Source: Octopus sinensis
Taxonomy: Eukaryota
Assembly: GCF_006345805.1 (NCBI RefSeq)
Contig: NC_043011.1
Span: forward strand, 33,740,464 to 33,804,463
Direction of reading: 5' to 3'
DNA length: 64,000 bases
A model generated the notes under the pieces. The model was not told where the DNA came from. It saw only the letters and a list, made by a program, of their open reading frames with translations, and ran no database searches. The stretch's first letter is position 1. The number at the start of each line of letters is the position of its first letter. Both the position numbers and the translations under genes were made by a program. This document shows positions 40,895 to 54,005 of the stretch, piece by piece.

Positions 40895-40933
<39 letters not shown>

Positions 40934-41150
40934 GTAATAATTTCAAAATTTGGCACAAGGCCAGCATTTTCGCGGAAGTGGGCAAGTTGATTACATCATC
41001 CCCAGTGATCAACAGGTACTTATTTTACTGACCCCTAGAGGATGGAAAATAAAGTCAACCTTGGTGGAATTTGAACTCAGAATATAAAAAAGGACAAAAT
41101 GCTACTGAGCATTTCGCCTGGGATGCTAATGATTCTGCTAGCTCTCCACT

Positions 41151-41229
<79 letters not shown>

Positions 41230-41442
41230 TCTTTTCTATTAAAGGCACAAAGCCTGAAATTTAGGAGGAGGTGATTAGTCAGTTACATTGGACCCCAATA
41301 TTTTATTGGTACTTAATTTATCAACCCCAAAAGGAAGAAGGGCAAAATTGACCTTAGTGAAATGTGAACTCAGAATGTAACGTCAGGAGAAATACCATTA
41401 AGCATTTCATCCAGTATCCTAACAATTTGCCAGCTCTCCGCC

Positions 41443-41479
<37 letters not shown>

Positions 41480-41590
41480 CCTTTCTTTATTAGCCTAATA
41501 ATATTGTTATAATGTTATTAATAACGTATAAATATCTAACATAATATCAGACAACAATATAAATAATAATAAATAATGATGATAATAATA

Positions 41591-41626
<36 letters not shown>

Positions 41627-41647
41627 TAAAATGATGAAACTACTTAC

Positions 41648-41730
41648 ACAGATATGCTTTCTCATTCTTTTTCCTCTCTGTCTCCAAGTAGTACCTTGAA
41701 GCTGTCTCTATTTTCTTCACCCATACACCT
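41648..41730 (-). CDS. ITSN: Intersectin PH C-terminal helix exon: (R)GVWVKKIETASRYYLETERKKNEKAYL(S)
   Basis: 83 nt, phase 2-1; acceptor ttgttgttgcag, donor gtaagt; WVxKI...YxETExKK.EKAYL motif. Ends on a T that completes TCT or TCC (Ser) with either alternative exon. Confidence 0.93.
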
Positions 41731-41864
41731 CTGCAACAACAAATTCAGAAAGGAAAATGGAAGGCTATTTATGATAGAAAAATACAGGCAGTGCCAAGCG
41801 TACCGTAGAGTATTAGCATCTCTCCTGGGAGAAAGTGGTGCCCATGACCCTGTTGAAAGACCTC

Positions 41865-42260
41865 AAGGATATCCTTAATCAGGAGGTCAGGACAGGTATG
41901 GGATATGCACCATTGCAGCATGTCACTGCATCCACTGTTTGTCAGTACTTGCTTGGGTTGACCCAGGCAACCTCTGGGCAGTATCATAGTCAGTCCCTAT
42001 CTCCATGAGATATTTCCTCATCTGCTATGGCCATGTGGCCAATCAATGAGCCACCACCTCAGATGGATCCTCAGTAAAGAGAACACAATATGCAGGATCC
42101 AATACAGAAAATCGAGCAACATGACCAAGCAGTCTGAACTGATGCTTGTGAATCAAAAAATGCATCCTGGTTTCAGAGTATGGTCAGTCATTGGTTGGTG
42201 ATGAAATCTAACCAATCATAACTCATAATCCTGCAAAGCGTCCTGATACCAAAGAAGTTC
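41865..42260 (-). mobile_element. Decayed RTE/Expander-like LINE 3' end
   Basis: QFRLLGHVARFSVLDPAYCVLF remnant, ending ...CCCATACCTGTCCTGACC; similar to 61700-62145. Confidence 0.65.
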
Positions 42261-44974
42261 AGGCTTGGCCAAAGTAGCCAAGGTGCTAAATGACGGTGTT
42301 AAATGGACAACTGATCTAATCTATAAAGTGTGGGATTTGAACCCCAAATGCAAGGAAATAAAATAAATACTGCAAAGCAATAGCTCCAATATTCCTGCAA
42401 TTCTGTTGAAGCACTGCTCTGAATTGGAACTTTTTAATGCCCACCCCACCTCAAAAAAAAAAAGAAAAAAAGATGTAAGTCAAAATTAACCTCAACAGGA
42501 TTTGAACTCAAAGCACACAGAATCAGACCAATACTATGAGTCATCTGACTCGTAGTTTTGGTCATTATCTGATGTTTTAATCATTATCATCATCATTTAA
42601 GGTCTGTTGTCCATGCTGGCATGGGATGGATGGTTTGACTGGGCTGGCATGCAGGAAGGCAGTGCCAGGCTCCAGTCTGATTTGGCATGGTTTTCTACGG
42701 CCAGATGCCCTTCCTAATGCCAATCACTCTGAGAGTGTAATGGGTGCTTTTACGTGCCACCAGCACAGGTGGCATTGGATTCTGCCAAATCATCATAGCA
42801 TTGACAATGTTGGCACTGTGGGGCAGTTCTGGAAGTGCAAAGAGTGTATGTAATGTTCATAATGCTTATAAAGGTGGCAGGGTCGCAGGGTGGGCAATGC
42901 TTGTGGTGTAAGTAGATATTAGCAGTGTCAGCAATGTTGGCATTTCTAGAACAGAGGCAATACATTCTGGAACATTTTAGAAAACAGAAAGACAAATAAG
43001 AGAGAGAGAGAGAAGGATGGGGATTTCAGAATGTTCTAGAACAGAGCAAAAAAACACATCTAGATAGCACAAAGAATTCAGAGTTCAAATTCCGCCGAGG
43101 TCGACTTTGCCTTTCATCCTTTTGGGGTTGATAAATTAAGTACCAATTATGCACTGGGGTTGATGTAATCGACTCAATCTCTTTGTCTGTCCTTGTTTGT
43201 CCCCTCTATGTTTAGCCCCTTGTGGGATTTTGACCTCTAAATTTTGGGAAAAAAAGTGCGGATTATACTCGAGGATTTACGGTATTTTTTTTCCTTTGTT
43301 ATTTACTGCTTATATGTTATTATATGGCTTAGTGGTTAAGGTATTCTGCTCACGATCATAAAGTCATGAGTTCAATTCCCAGCAACGTGTTGTGGTCTTT
43401 GAGCAAGACACTTTTTTTCATGTTACTCCAGCCCACTAAGCTAGCAAAAATGAGTAGCACCTGTATTTCAAAGGACCAGCCATGTTACAGTCTGTGTCAT
43501 GCTGAATCTCCCTGGGAAGGGTATACATGTCTGTGGAGTACTCAGCCACTTGCATGTTAATTTTACAAGCAAGCTGTTCTGTTGATCGGATCAACTGGAA
43601 CCCCTGCCATTGTAACTGATGGAGAGCCATTTTTTTTTTGTGGGGGGTTTATATGCTATTAAATCTTTCTCAAAATATTATTCCAAACATGAAACAATAT
43701 CATCATTATGTATGTTTGGAGATGTTGCTTGGGTAAGTTAGGGGAACAACTTGGGGTCTCAGAAGGAAACCTAATTTTTCTTTGAAGGCGGTGGGGGTGG
43801 AGCTGACCACACACTTGTGATAAACAAGGACAGATATATCATAAGTGTTCTCAGTATGTGACTGCTTTTATCAAACCCAGAAAAGTCATGTGCAAAGTCG
43901 ATCTCAACAATTTGAACTTCAGATGCACAAACCAAAAGCAAACACAGATAAATACACTTTTTACTAATTTTGCCATTCCACTCACTTTACAATTTTATAT
44001 CACATTGATTGCATAACAATAACAACAACAACAGTAACAAAAAGAATGATGATGATGATGATGATGATGATGACAATGATGAAGGGATATCATAGTTATA
44101 CATATGTGAGTGTATGTGCATATATTTACATTCACACATACAAACAAGCACACACACACATACACACTTAACAACAACAACAATGATGATAATAATAAAG
44201 GGATATCTTATATATCTATTGTGTATATATATATATATATATATATATACATACATACATATATATAAGTATGCAGGTAGACATGCATATCAACACACAC
44301 ACACATACATATGTACAAACACACACGCCTCCAATATAATTGCTTCTGGCAGTAAGTTAAATTGGCACTTAAAGAATTATGTGATGCCAAAACCATCTTT
44401 GTAGTAGTTGTTGTTGCTGTTCTGTAGCTCCAGGTCAACACTGATTGAGCAGACACATGGTCAAAGACATTCCGGCCACAACCATCCTATCTATTTATGG
44501 ACTTATCCAGATTACATTATCTAATGTGCGTTCTTCCCATTTTTAAGACTACCAAACGTGATCCAATGATAATTTGGCTGCTACTTATAGCAAGATCAAA
44601 CAACCACAGAGATGTTTCCTCATTAGTGCATAGGTAGTGGTGTAGTGGTTGTAGTCGTTATTGTAGCAGGTTTGTAGTTGTAGTTGTTATTGTTGGTTGT
44701 GGTAGTATTGGTGGTGTTGGTAGTGGTGGTGGTAGTGGTTGTGGCATCACTCATCCCAGATCAGTCCTAATTGAGCAGAAGTTAAGATCAAAGGCATTCT
44801 AGTCATCTTAATTTCAGTCATAGAATACTGATGTTTTACGAGTTGTATATATATCCTTGTCTTTTGAAAATGCTTAGGAGTGATTTTTCAGGAAGATTTA
44901 ACTTCTACTATAGCCTTGGGCCGACCAAAGCCTTGTGAGTGGATTTGGTAGATGAAAACTGAAAGAAGCCTGCC

Positions 44975-45015
<41 letters not shown>

Positions 45016-45430
45016 CATGTATGTGTGTCTGTGTTTGACCCCCACCCACCCAACATCACCTGACAAACGATGCCGGTGTGTTTACATCCCCGTAACTTAG
45101 CGGTTCAGCAAAAGAGACCGATAGAATAAGTACTAGGCTTACAAGGAATAAGTCCTGGGGTTGACTTGCTCGACGAAAGGCGGTGCTCCAGCATGGCCAC
45201 AGTCAAATGACTGAAACAAGTAAAAGAGTAGAGTAACTATTTCTAGCAGGTCAAGTAGCCACTAACAACACAACAACCACATCAATGTTCTTATTGTTGT
45301 CATTGATGCTGTTGCATGCATTGTTATTGTTATTGTTGTAGGCATTCCAGCTATGACCATCCATCCTAATTTCAGTCATAGGATAATGCAGATCTATAAA
45401 CTATACATACCCTTTTCTTTGAAAGATGCA

Positions 45431-45815
45431 TCTCTCTATATATAAACGGCAGTTTGTCTGTGTGTGTTTCTGTGTGTCTGTTTGGTTGTACCCTCACCCT
45501 GACCACGGCTTTCAACCAATTCTGATGAAACTTGACACACACATAGCCCAATGTCATAATTCAAAACTAACGCAGCGAAAATTTTGAAAAGTTCCCCCAG
45601 TTCTGAAAAAATCGATAAATTCGACATGGGGTCGAGAATCAGAAACACAAACCACTGACTGTCTAGGGGACGCAACTCGACCTTTTTTAACTCTCAAAAA
45701 AAATTTACCATCATTTTTTTTTCCATTTTTTTGCTATTTTTTGGCTATAACTCTCTAAAAATGCTTTATAGTTATTTCCCTTACAAACCTGAGCAACACC
45801 GGGCGATACTGCTAG
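45431..45815 (+). mobile_element. Non-autonomous Helitron-like element
   Basis: Inserted between A and T; begins TC(TCTCTATATATAAACGGCAG), has (TGTC/TG)n near the 5' end, ends ...CCGGGCGATACTGCTAG. Confidence 0.75.
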
Positions 45816-45960
45816 TGTTAAATAATATGCAAACACTATAATTGTAGACAACGGGGCAAAATGGATTAATGTAAGTGTTGTTTTTATTGTTGCTGTCATC
45901 GTCACCGTATTTGTTCTCCCTTACTGCTATCAGTGTTGTGAAATAAAAGCCAGTTTTTAC

Positions 45961-46085
45961 CTGTCATTGGCACTTCCTGCTTTCAAATTGTAAGTTTGGT
46001 TTATGTGGCATAACTGAAAGTGACATGGTGTGTCATATTCTCCATCTGTCCCTGTCTTCAGCATCACTTCATTCAAAAAAATAGG
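45961..46085 (-). CDS. ITSN: Intersectin PH exon: PIFLNEVMLKTGTDGEYDTPCHFQLCHINQTYNLKAGSAND(R)
   Basis: 125 nt, phase 0-2; acceptor tttatttgcag, donor gtaaaa; PIFLNEV motif; phase 2 matches next exon. Confidence 0.93.
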
Positions 46086-46291
46086 CTGCAAATAAACAAA
46101 TGAAACAAAGAACTCAATACTTATGGTGCTGCACCATTATAATTCTGAGCAACAAAAAAAAAAAATGAACATGGCTGTGTGGTAATATTATTACAATCCT
46201 GCAATCAAGAGTACGACACCCTAACCACTAGGCTTTGTCTTCCCTAATCCACTACCACAATGTTTAAAATTAATGACTCATAGATAGTCTT

Positions 46292-46670
46292 GGCTTGCTT
46301 ACCAACCACATGGTTCCGGGTTCAATCCCAATGCGTGGCACCTCGGGCAAGTGTCTTCTACTATAGCCTCGGGCCTTCCAAAGCCTTGTGAGTGGATTTG
46401 GTAGACGGAAACTGAAAGAAGCCTGTCATATATATGTATGTATGTATGTGTGTGTATATGTTTGTGTGTGTGTGTCTGTCCCCCCAACATCGCTTAACAT
46501 CCGATGCTGGTGTGTTTACGTCCCCGTAACTTAGCAGTCCGGCAAAAGAGACTGACAGAATAAGTACTAGGCTTACAAAGAATAAGTCCTGGGGTCAATT
46601 TGTTCGACTAAAGGCGGTGCTCCAGCATGGCCACAGTCAAATGACTGAAACAGGTAAAAGGGTAAAGGGT
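46292..46670 (+). mobile_element. tRNA-derived SINE family 2 (CORE-like segment, central microsatellite)
   Basis: B box GGTTCAATCCC, GGCACCTCGGGCAAGTGTCTT, tail GACTGAAACAGGTAAAAG. Other approximate copies: 3770-4145(+), 6430-6670(+), 8500-8885(+), 33110-33510(-), 44903-45232(+), 47468-47898(-), 50720-50920(-), 59040-59160(+). Confidence 0.85.
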
Positions 46671-47670
46671 CTCTAACATAGGCACAAAGCCTTAAATTTG
46701 GGTGAAGGGGTACAATTAATGATGTCAACCCCGAATTTGACCAGTATTTTTATTTTATAAACCTTGGAAGGACGAAAGGTAAATTGAGCCTAGAGTGTAA
46801 AGGGATACTACTAAACATTTCAAGGCATTTTATGCAGTTCCTTTAGCTCTCGTTCTGATAATCTGACACCCTTGAAAGGGAAATAATAAAAATGATGAAT
46901 AATGAATGAAATAAATAAATGAACACTGATAGAGTTACATCATAAAGTTCCATGACAAGGTAAGGCAGATTGAAGAAGAGAAGGAAAATGAGAAATTGTA
47001 TTGTTTAAGCTATTAAAGATAATGGACAATGTGTTGTAATTAGTAAATCATTAGGTAATGAGATTATTGAAAGATGAGTATTGCTAAAATGCATTAATTT
47101 CTAGCAGAGGAAAAGGGCACAATTTTTAGAGAGAAGCATAGTCAAATTAAATGAATCCCACCAAAGTATTTGGTGAGTGTTAATTTAAGAGACTCCAGAA
47201 TCATGAAAGGCAGAGTAAAACTTGGCAGGATTTGAACTCAGAACGTAAAGAAACAACCATATTTTGTGACATAAAAGATGCATGAGCATATTAAATGCAT
47301 CCTGTTTTCAGCAACTCATATTCAGGAGAAAAAAAAATTTAATGCATTAAAGCTTGAGAGGATCAACTTCACATTGAGGACCCAGGATGAGTTTTTTTTT
47401 TTGAGACATTTTTTATATGCCATAAAATACAATAAATTTAAATAACTGCAAAATGTTTTGTTCAATACTCTTTTACTCTTATCAGTCATTTGACTGTGGC
47501 CATGCTGGAGCACCGCCTTTAGTTGAGCAAATTAACCCCAGGACTTATTCTTTGTAAGCCTAATACTTATTCTATCAGTATCTTTTGCCGAACTGCTAAG
47601 TTACGGGGACGTAAACACCAGCATCGGTTGTCAAGCAATGTTGGGGGGACAAACACAGACATACAAACAT

Positions 47671-47733
<63 letters not shown>

Positions 47734-48890
47734 TACGACAGGCTTTTTTCAGTTTCCGTCTACCAAATCCACTCACAAGGCTTTGGTCAGCCCAAGGCTG
47801 TAGCAGAGGACACTTGCCCAAAGTGCCATGTAGTGGGACTGAACCTGGAACCATGTGGCTCGTAAGCAAGCTACTTACCACACAGCCACTCCTACACCTA
47901 CTCTACCAAATGTCTTGTAACTCTCAATGGATCATTTGCACCATTCTATCAATGTTCCATTGGAAGTCTGGATATACCTAAGTTTATCCAATGTGTGCCA
48001 GGGGTAGCTATAATGACTTATCAGGAAAGTTAATCTACAACAGACTAGCATCCTATCAAGGAGGTGTTATGTTCTCTCTCAACTATATGTTCCATACATG
48101 ATTCTTTTTTTGAACTCATTTTTTTCCATACTTGCCTTGCGGGAATGGTTTACCATTTGGAGTAATTCTATTCATAACTGGATGGTGTAAGTAGGGACTA
48201 TACATGTTAAACATGTGAGATGGTGAAATATGACCTTCAGTTGTAGATTTTCATGGGACAATTACAAGTGACTGAGACGTTTTGGTGAGTTGCTGTGCTT
48301 AAGAAGACACATCAAGCTAAGTGAAATCATGGTCATGACCAGTGCTGGTGACATGTAAAAGGCACCCACGCTGGTGACACATAAAAGGCACCTGTGCCAG
48401 TGACACATAAAAGATACCCAATATACTCTGAAGAGTGGTTGGCATTAAGGAAGGCATCAGTTTGTAGAAACCAAGTTAAAATAGATGACTGGAGCCAAGT
48501 GAGCTCTCTGGCTTACAAACTCTGATCAAATCATCTAACCCATGCCAGCATGGAGAATAGACGTATGATGATGATAATGATGATGATGATGATATGAATA
48601 AATGATGTACTACTATGAATAGTAGAGGAAGTATTATGAATGGCAGAGAAAGTGCTATTAATGGTAGAGAAGTTACTATGAATGCTACAAGGAATAGTAC
48701 ATGAAGTACTATTAATAGAAGTTGTACTATGAATAATGTAAATGAAATTATTCATGGTAGAAATGGTACTAAGAAGGGTAAAATTATCAACTATTTGAAT
48801 GGGGGAAAAAAATCATTATAAAATTTCAAATATACAAGTTTAACGGAAAAAAATTTCATCACATATATTTAAGAAAGTAGCTTTTCTTAC

Positions 48891-49022
48891 CATTTTGTAC
48901 ATACGAAACTGGGCTTTTGACTTGATGTTGAAGGTAAAGCTATTGCGATTGGATCCTTGCGACTGTGCAAGCAGTAGGAAATCATTGAAGAGGAAACCAA
49001 CCAGCTCCTTGTTGCTCTTAGC
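48891..49022 (-). CDS. ITSN: Intersectin PH exon: [44 protein letters not shown]
   Basis: 132 nt, phase 0-0; acceptor gtctttttcag, donor gtaaga; [17 protein letters not shown] motif. Confidence 0.95.
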
Positions 49023-49506
49023 CTGAAAAAGACACAGTGAGATTTATGTGTCAATTTATCATTACAAAAGCATTCATGTGTACACAGGCATACATCTCTC
49101 TGTTTGTATTTCTCTCATACTCTCTCTCTCTCTCTCTCTCTATAGTCTGTTTCTCACATTCACCAACTGCCATGACCTAACATCTCACCCATACTCTCTC
49201 TTTCCAGATGAGCAAGCCATGCGTTCACCTCTTCGGCAAGACACTTGCTCCTTCCTACCTATCATACACAGTTGAGGGAGGGGGTTATCTTGCAGGTACT
49301 CGGTGGCTTCACCAGTGCTGGTGCCACAAAAAAAAAAAGGCATCTAGTAGATTCTGTGACATGGTGGGCACTAGGAGGAGCATCCAGCCATAATAACCAC
49401 ACAAAAGCAAACATTGGAACATGGTGCAGCCTTCAGGCTTGTCTGTTCATGTTCAACATCCAACCTATGCCAGTATAGAAAAGGGTACATTAAATGATGA
49501 TGATGA

Positions 49507-49565
<59 letters not shown>

Positions 49566-49573
49566 ATATATAT

Positions 49574-49810
49574 AAACAATTACAGCATGGAAGGTGTTTA
49601 TAAGCCATTTAAGAAACACATAAAAACCATTAGATTCACTTCAACATTTCAATTTAATTTGCCAAAATATTTTCAGAGCTTTGAGACTGCGACTTGTTCA
49701 CTGACAAAATTCCGTGCTGCATCTGCAAATTAAATTTAAATGTCGAAGTGAATCTAACGGTTGTGTGTTTCTTAAATGACTTATAAACACCTTCCATGTT
49801 GCAATTGTTT
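49574..49810. repeat. Fold-back, ~88-bp arms, 62-nt spacer
   Basis: AAACAATTACAGCATGGAAGGTGTTTATAAG... versus ...CTTATAAACACCTTCCATGTTGCAATTGTTT. Confidence 0.9.
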
Positions 49811-49842
49811 TCATGCAAGTACATTTCTGTAATATATATATA

Positions 49843-50229
49843 TATTTGAAAAAAGAAAAAGAATGAATTCACTAGTAATTCTAATCAGTTTAATTTATTA
49901 TTTTTTAATTTTTTAATAATATAGGTTTTAGTTCGTAGATCTAGTAAGTTCTTTGTTAACTTGGATGTGGAGAATTTTTTTTTTTTTTTATTCTTGTTAA
50001 CTTTTTTGGAGAACTTCCTCACATTCATTGTCAAACAAATCTGACAACGAATGCGAGAAAGTTTTCCAAAAAAGTTAACAAGAAAAATTTCTTTTGAAAT
50101 TCTTCACATCCAAGTTAATAAAGAACTTACTAGATCTACGATCTAAAACTTATATTGTTAAAAAATTTTTTTAACAAATTAAGCTGATTAGAACTACCAG
50201 TGAAATCATTCTTTTTCTTTTTTCAAATA
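49843..50229. repeat. Fold-back, ~190-bp arms, 8-nt loop
   Basis: Centre CATTCATTGTCA-AACAAATC-TGACAACGAATG; the arms match out to TATTTGAA / TTCAAATA. Confidence 0.9.
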
Positions 50230-50303
50230 CACCCAACTATACCAAGGATTCCATACATTTTCCAACATATATATATATATATACACACACGCACACACAT
50301 ATA

Positions 50304-50456
50304 CAGGGTGTCCAGAAAGTTTCGCCAGATTTTTATTTTATTGTACATTGTTTCATTTGTAGACATTAGTCATCATTGTTCTATACAATAAAATTAATTG
50401 AAAAACCTACAATAGTTTTCAAAATAAGAATTGGGCAAAACTTTTTGGACACCCTA
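50304..50456. mobile_element. Tc1/mariner-type MITE
   Basis: TIR CAGGGTGTCCAGAAAGTTT / AAACTTTTTGGACACCCT in a TA context. Confidence 0.7.
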
Positions 50457-51223
50457 TGTATATATATATATATATTCAAAAATTGTGAAGCATGACTGTC
50501 ACCACTACTACATGAACCTGAAGATTGCATAATTTAATGCATGAAAGTACTAGTTCAATCAGAATGAACATTTAACATTCTATTATTTTATTTTATCTTA
50601 TTATATTATATTATCTTATATTATGTCATTATAAGATTGTAAATAAAACGTGAAAATCAGACAAGGTTGGAATTCCTTTTATTAATATATATATATATTC
50701 ATATATGTTCATATATATCAGTCATTGGACTGTAACCATGCTGGGGCACTACCTTGAAGTTCTACTCAAACAAATTAACCTCAGTACTTATGTGCTTTTC
50801 TTTTTTAAAGTCTTTTGCTGAACCACTAAGCTACGAGGGTGTAAACAAACCAACACTGGTTTTTAGCTGGTGTGGTGGGTCCAAACACAAACACACTCAT
50901 ATACAGCTAGATAGACATATAGAAACATGCGTGAGTATGTGTATGTCCATATATATATATATATATATATCATCGTTTAACATCCTCCTTCCATGCTGGC
51001 ATGGGCAGACAGTTTGACAGGAGTGGCCAGGCAGAAGACTGCACCAGACTTCTGTGTCTGTTTTCACATGGCTTTTATGGCTGGATACCCTTCCTAATAT
51101 CAACCACATATATATACACACACACATATAAAATATGCATACACAGACATATGCACATACACACACACACACACACACACTTTTACAAAGCTAAGTCAGA
51201 GAAATTTACATCAGAGCATTTAC

Positions 51224-51295
51224 CTTGTATAAAGTACCAGAGTGTAAGAATTTTCTTGGTCCCAGACAATTGGTGACAGAATTAAAAGTTAATTT
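51224..51295 (-). CDS. ITSN: Intersectin PH-start exon: [24 protein letters not shown]
   Basis: 72 nt, phase 0-0; acceptor cttttgcag, donor gtaaat; [17 protein letters not shown] is the intersectin DH-PH junction. Confidence 0.95.
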
Positions 51296-51390
51296 CTGCA
51301 AAAGAAAAGAAGCATTGGAAGTTATAAAGAAAAGAATCCAACTTATTAAAAGTCGATATTGAGGAATAAGTCAGGAACAGTAATAGAAAC

Positions 51391-51428
<38 letters not shown>

Positions 51429-51555
51429 AAGAAAGAGTGCGTTTGTGTGTAGATTTGACTAATTTTCTCTTTTTCTCCTCTTTCTCTCTTACCCTACACA
51501 GTCACACATATATACATGCACGTATGTAAGTATATATGTGTATGTGTGCATTTAT

Positions 51556-51596
<41 letters not shown>

Positions 51597-51630
51597 AATA
51601 AGGGAACAAGGTGTACGTACGCCACAATAG

Positions 51631-51856
51631 TATATGTATAAAAATATATATAAAAATACAAAATGGGACAAGAACGCAAAACATTCAAATAGACGATACA
51701 AAAAACGGACGGGTCATTCGAAGCGTCTAATCTTCAGTCAAGAACCGGATCATCCTCGCAATTTCGGCTGATTAATCTTGGACCCATCCGTTTTTTGTAT
51801 CGTCTATTTGAATGTTTTGCGTTCTTGTCCCATTTTGTATTTTTATATATATTTTT

Positions 51857-51866
<10 letters not shown>
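51631..51866. repeat. Fold-back, 85-bp arms (one mismatch), 65-nt spacer
   Basis: ...TGGGACAAGAACGCAAAACATTCAAATAGACGATACAAAAAACGGACGGGTC versus its reverse complement at 51781-51866. Confidence 0.92.
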
Positions 51867-51893
<27 letters not shown>

Positions 51894-53319
51894 TGCATGT
51901 GGATGGATATATATATATATATATTTATATATGTGTGTCTGTGTGTGTGTGTGTGGGCGCAATAGCCCAGTGGTTAGGGCAGCAGACTCACAGTCGTAGG
52001 ATTGCAGTTTCAATTCCCAGACTGGGTGTAGTGAGTGTTTATTGGGCGAAAACACCTAAAGCTCCACAAGGCTCCAGCAGGGGGTGGTGGCGATCCCTGC
52101 TATACTCTTTCACTGCAACTTTCTCTCAATCTTTCTTCTGTTGGCCTGCTCGCTTAACCAGTGGGGTGGCGTCATTTGAAGGCTAAAACAATGCAAAGTA
52201 CATTGTGGCCAGCGATGTGTAGCAACACATGATAGCCTGGTCGGTCACGTGATATATATATATATATATGTAAATATATATATGGCAAATGAAAGACGGA
52301 AGATGGAATATACGAGAATCTATTATTAATCACAACAATTGTTTCGACACATCTAGCATCGATTCATTTGCCATATGTATAACGATCAGTGAAAGTAACA
52401 GTGCTTTACCAGTAAGCTACCAGGTGTAAACCATTTGTTTTATTACGTATATATATGTATGTAACTATTTAGACTTTGGGCATGTCTATTAGTATGTCGA
52501 TTAAAGCACATTCACTGTTTGGGCTACCTGATGTCATCTGCAGTAACAATATAATTTTCACTGGGTCTACATCAGGAAATCCACAGCGTTTATTGAGTTG
52601 ATAATTGATAAAGGAAACGGAAGATGGATTTAGTACAAAACTTTACTCAACATGATGATCATTTTGACCCATCCTGCATCTGTCACATAGGATATTGTGC
52701 ATCTGATAACATTGTATTAATAAGTACAGGCTGTGTTACTTCAGGTGCTTGGTGTAGAAAAATATCCCACCAGATATACTGAGATCTCCTTGGCATGTTG
52801 TTCTAGCTAATTGCACATTGGTACACTGACAAAGTGTTACCGACAATAGTAATAAGAGTTGGCTATAGTTGACCATGAATATATAACATAAATTTAGATC
52901 ATAATGGTAGAGAATAAAATCTGTCAAAGAAAGTTAAGATTATGAAGGATGGCTATACATTCTTTGACATGAACACATATATAGGTGGAAGGAAGCAACG
53001 AAAAAAGAGAAAGAAAAAAGAAAGAAAGCCAAGGAGAAAGAGAAAAATACAGGTGGGTCTAAGAATTGGCCAACAATATAAACAGGTTTAATGTTTTTAA
53101 GACTATAAATAATGCTTCAAGTGCTCTTCAGCGAAATCTGCATTAGACGAAGAATATCTTCAACAAAGAAATGGATAAAGTATCAAAAGAAAATAAAAAA
53201 AAATGATAGAAAACAAAGTATCAAATAAGTTTGCTAAATAACTGATAAGATTAGATAAAGAAGCTAATAAGATAAAGCATACAAGATATCGTTCCTCTCT
53301 CATGGATATCATGAATTCA

Positions 53320-53974
53320 TCATCATCAACATCATCATTTAGAGTCCACTTTCCATGCTAGCATGGGTTGGACGATTTGACTGAGGACTGGCAAACCTGA
53401 TGGCTGCACCAGGCTCCAGTCTGATCTGGCTGAGTTTCTGCAGCTGGATGCCCATCCTAACGCCAACCACTCCGAGAGTGTAGTCAGTACTTTTACGTGC
53501 CACCGGCACAAGGGCCAGTCAGGCAGTACTGGCAATGGCCATGCTCAAATGGTGTTTTTTACATGCCACCTGCTCAGGAGCCAGTCCAGCGGCACTGGCA
53601 ACAACCTCGCTCGAATGCTTTTTCACATGCCACCAGCACAAGTTCCAGTAAGGCAACTCTGGTAATGATCACTCTCGAATGGTGCTCTTTACGTGCCACC
53701 CGCACAGAAGCCAGTCAACTGCTCTGGCAACGATCATGCTTGGATGGAGCTCTTAGCGTTCCACTAGCATGGATGCCAGTCATCGAAATTGATTTCGATT
53801 TCACTTGCCTCAACAGGTCTTTGCAAGCAGAGTTTAGTGTTCAATGAAGGAAAGGTACGCATAAGTGGGCTGGTTACACCCCTGGTATAGGCCTTGGGTT
53901 ATGGTCTCACTTGGCTTGCCAGGTCTTCTCAAGCACAGCATATTTCCAAAGGTCTCAGTCACTAGTCCTTGCCT

Positions 53975-53975
<1 letters not shown>
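53320..53975 (-). mobile_element. RTE-clade LINE 3' end
   Basis: DLWKYAVLEKT remnant and the same 3' UTR and (GAT)n tail. Shorter tails of this family (approximate): 14930-15300(+), 26065-26245(-), 33520-33900(+), 36000-36460(-), 42590-42780(-), 57100-57350(-), 58680-58955(-). Confidence 0.8.

Positions 53976-54005
<30 letters not shown>

Noticed and set aside
41769-41987. Gypsy integrase-like reading (LIKDILEVFQQGHGH)
   Set aside because: The overlapping part of this DNA fits an RTE/Expander 3' end better in another frame and matches 61900-62145.
49201-49300. Plus-strand exon-like segment (tttccag/ATGAGC...GCAG/gtact)
   Set aside because: No recognisable protein, no partner exons, and it runs into a repeat tail.
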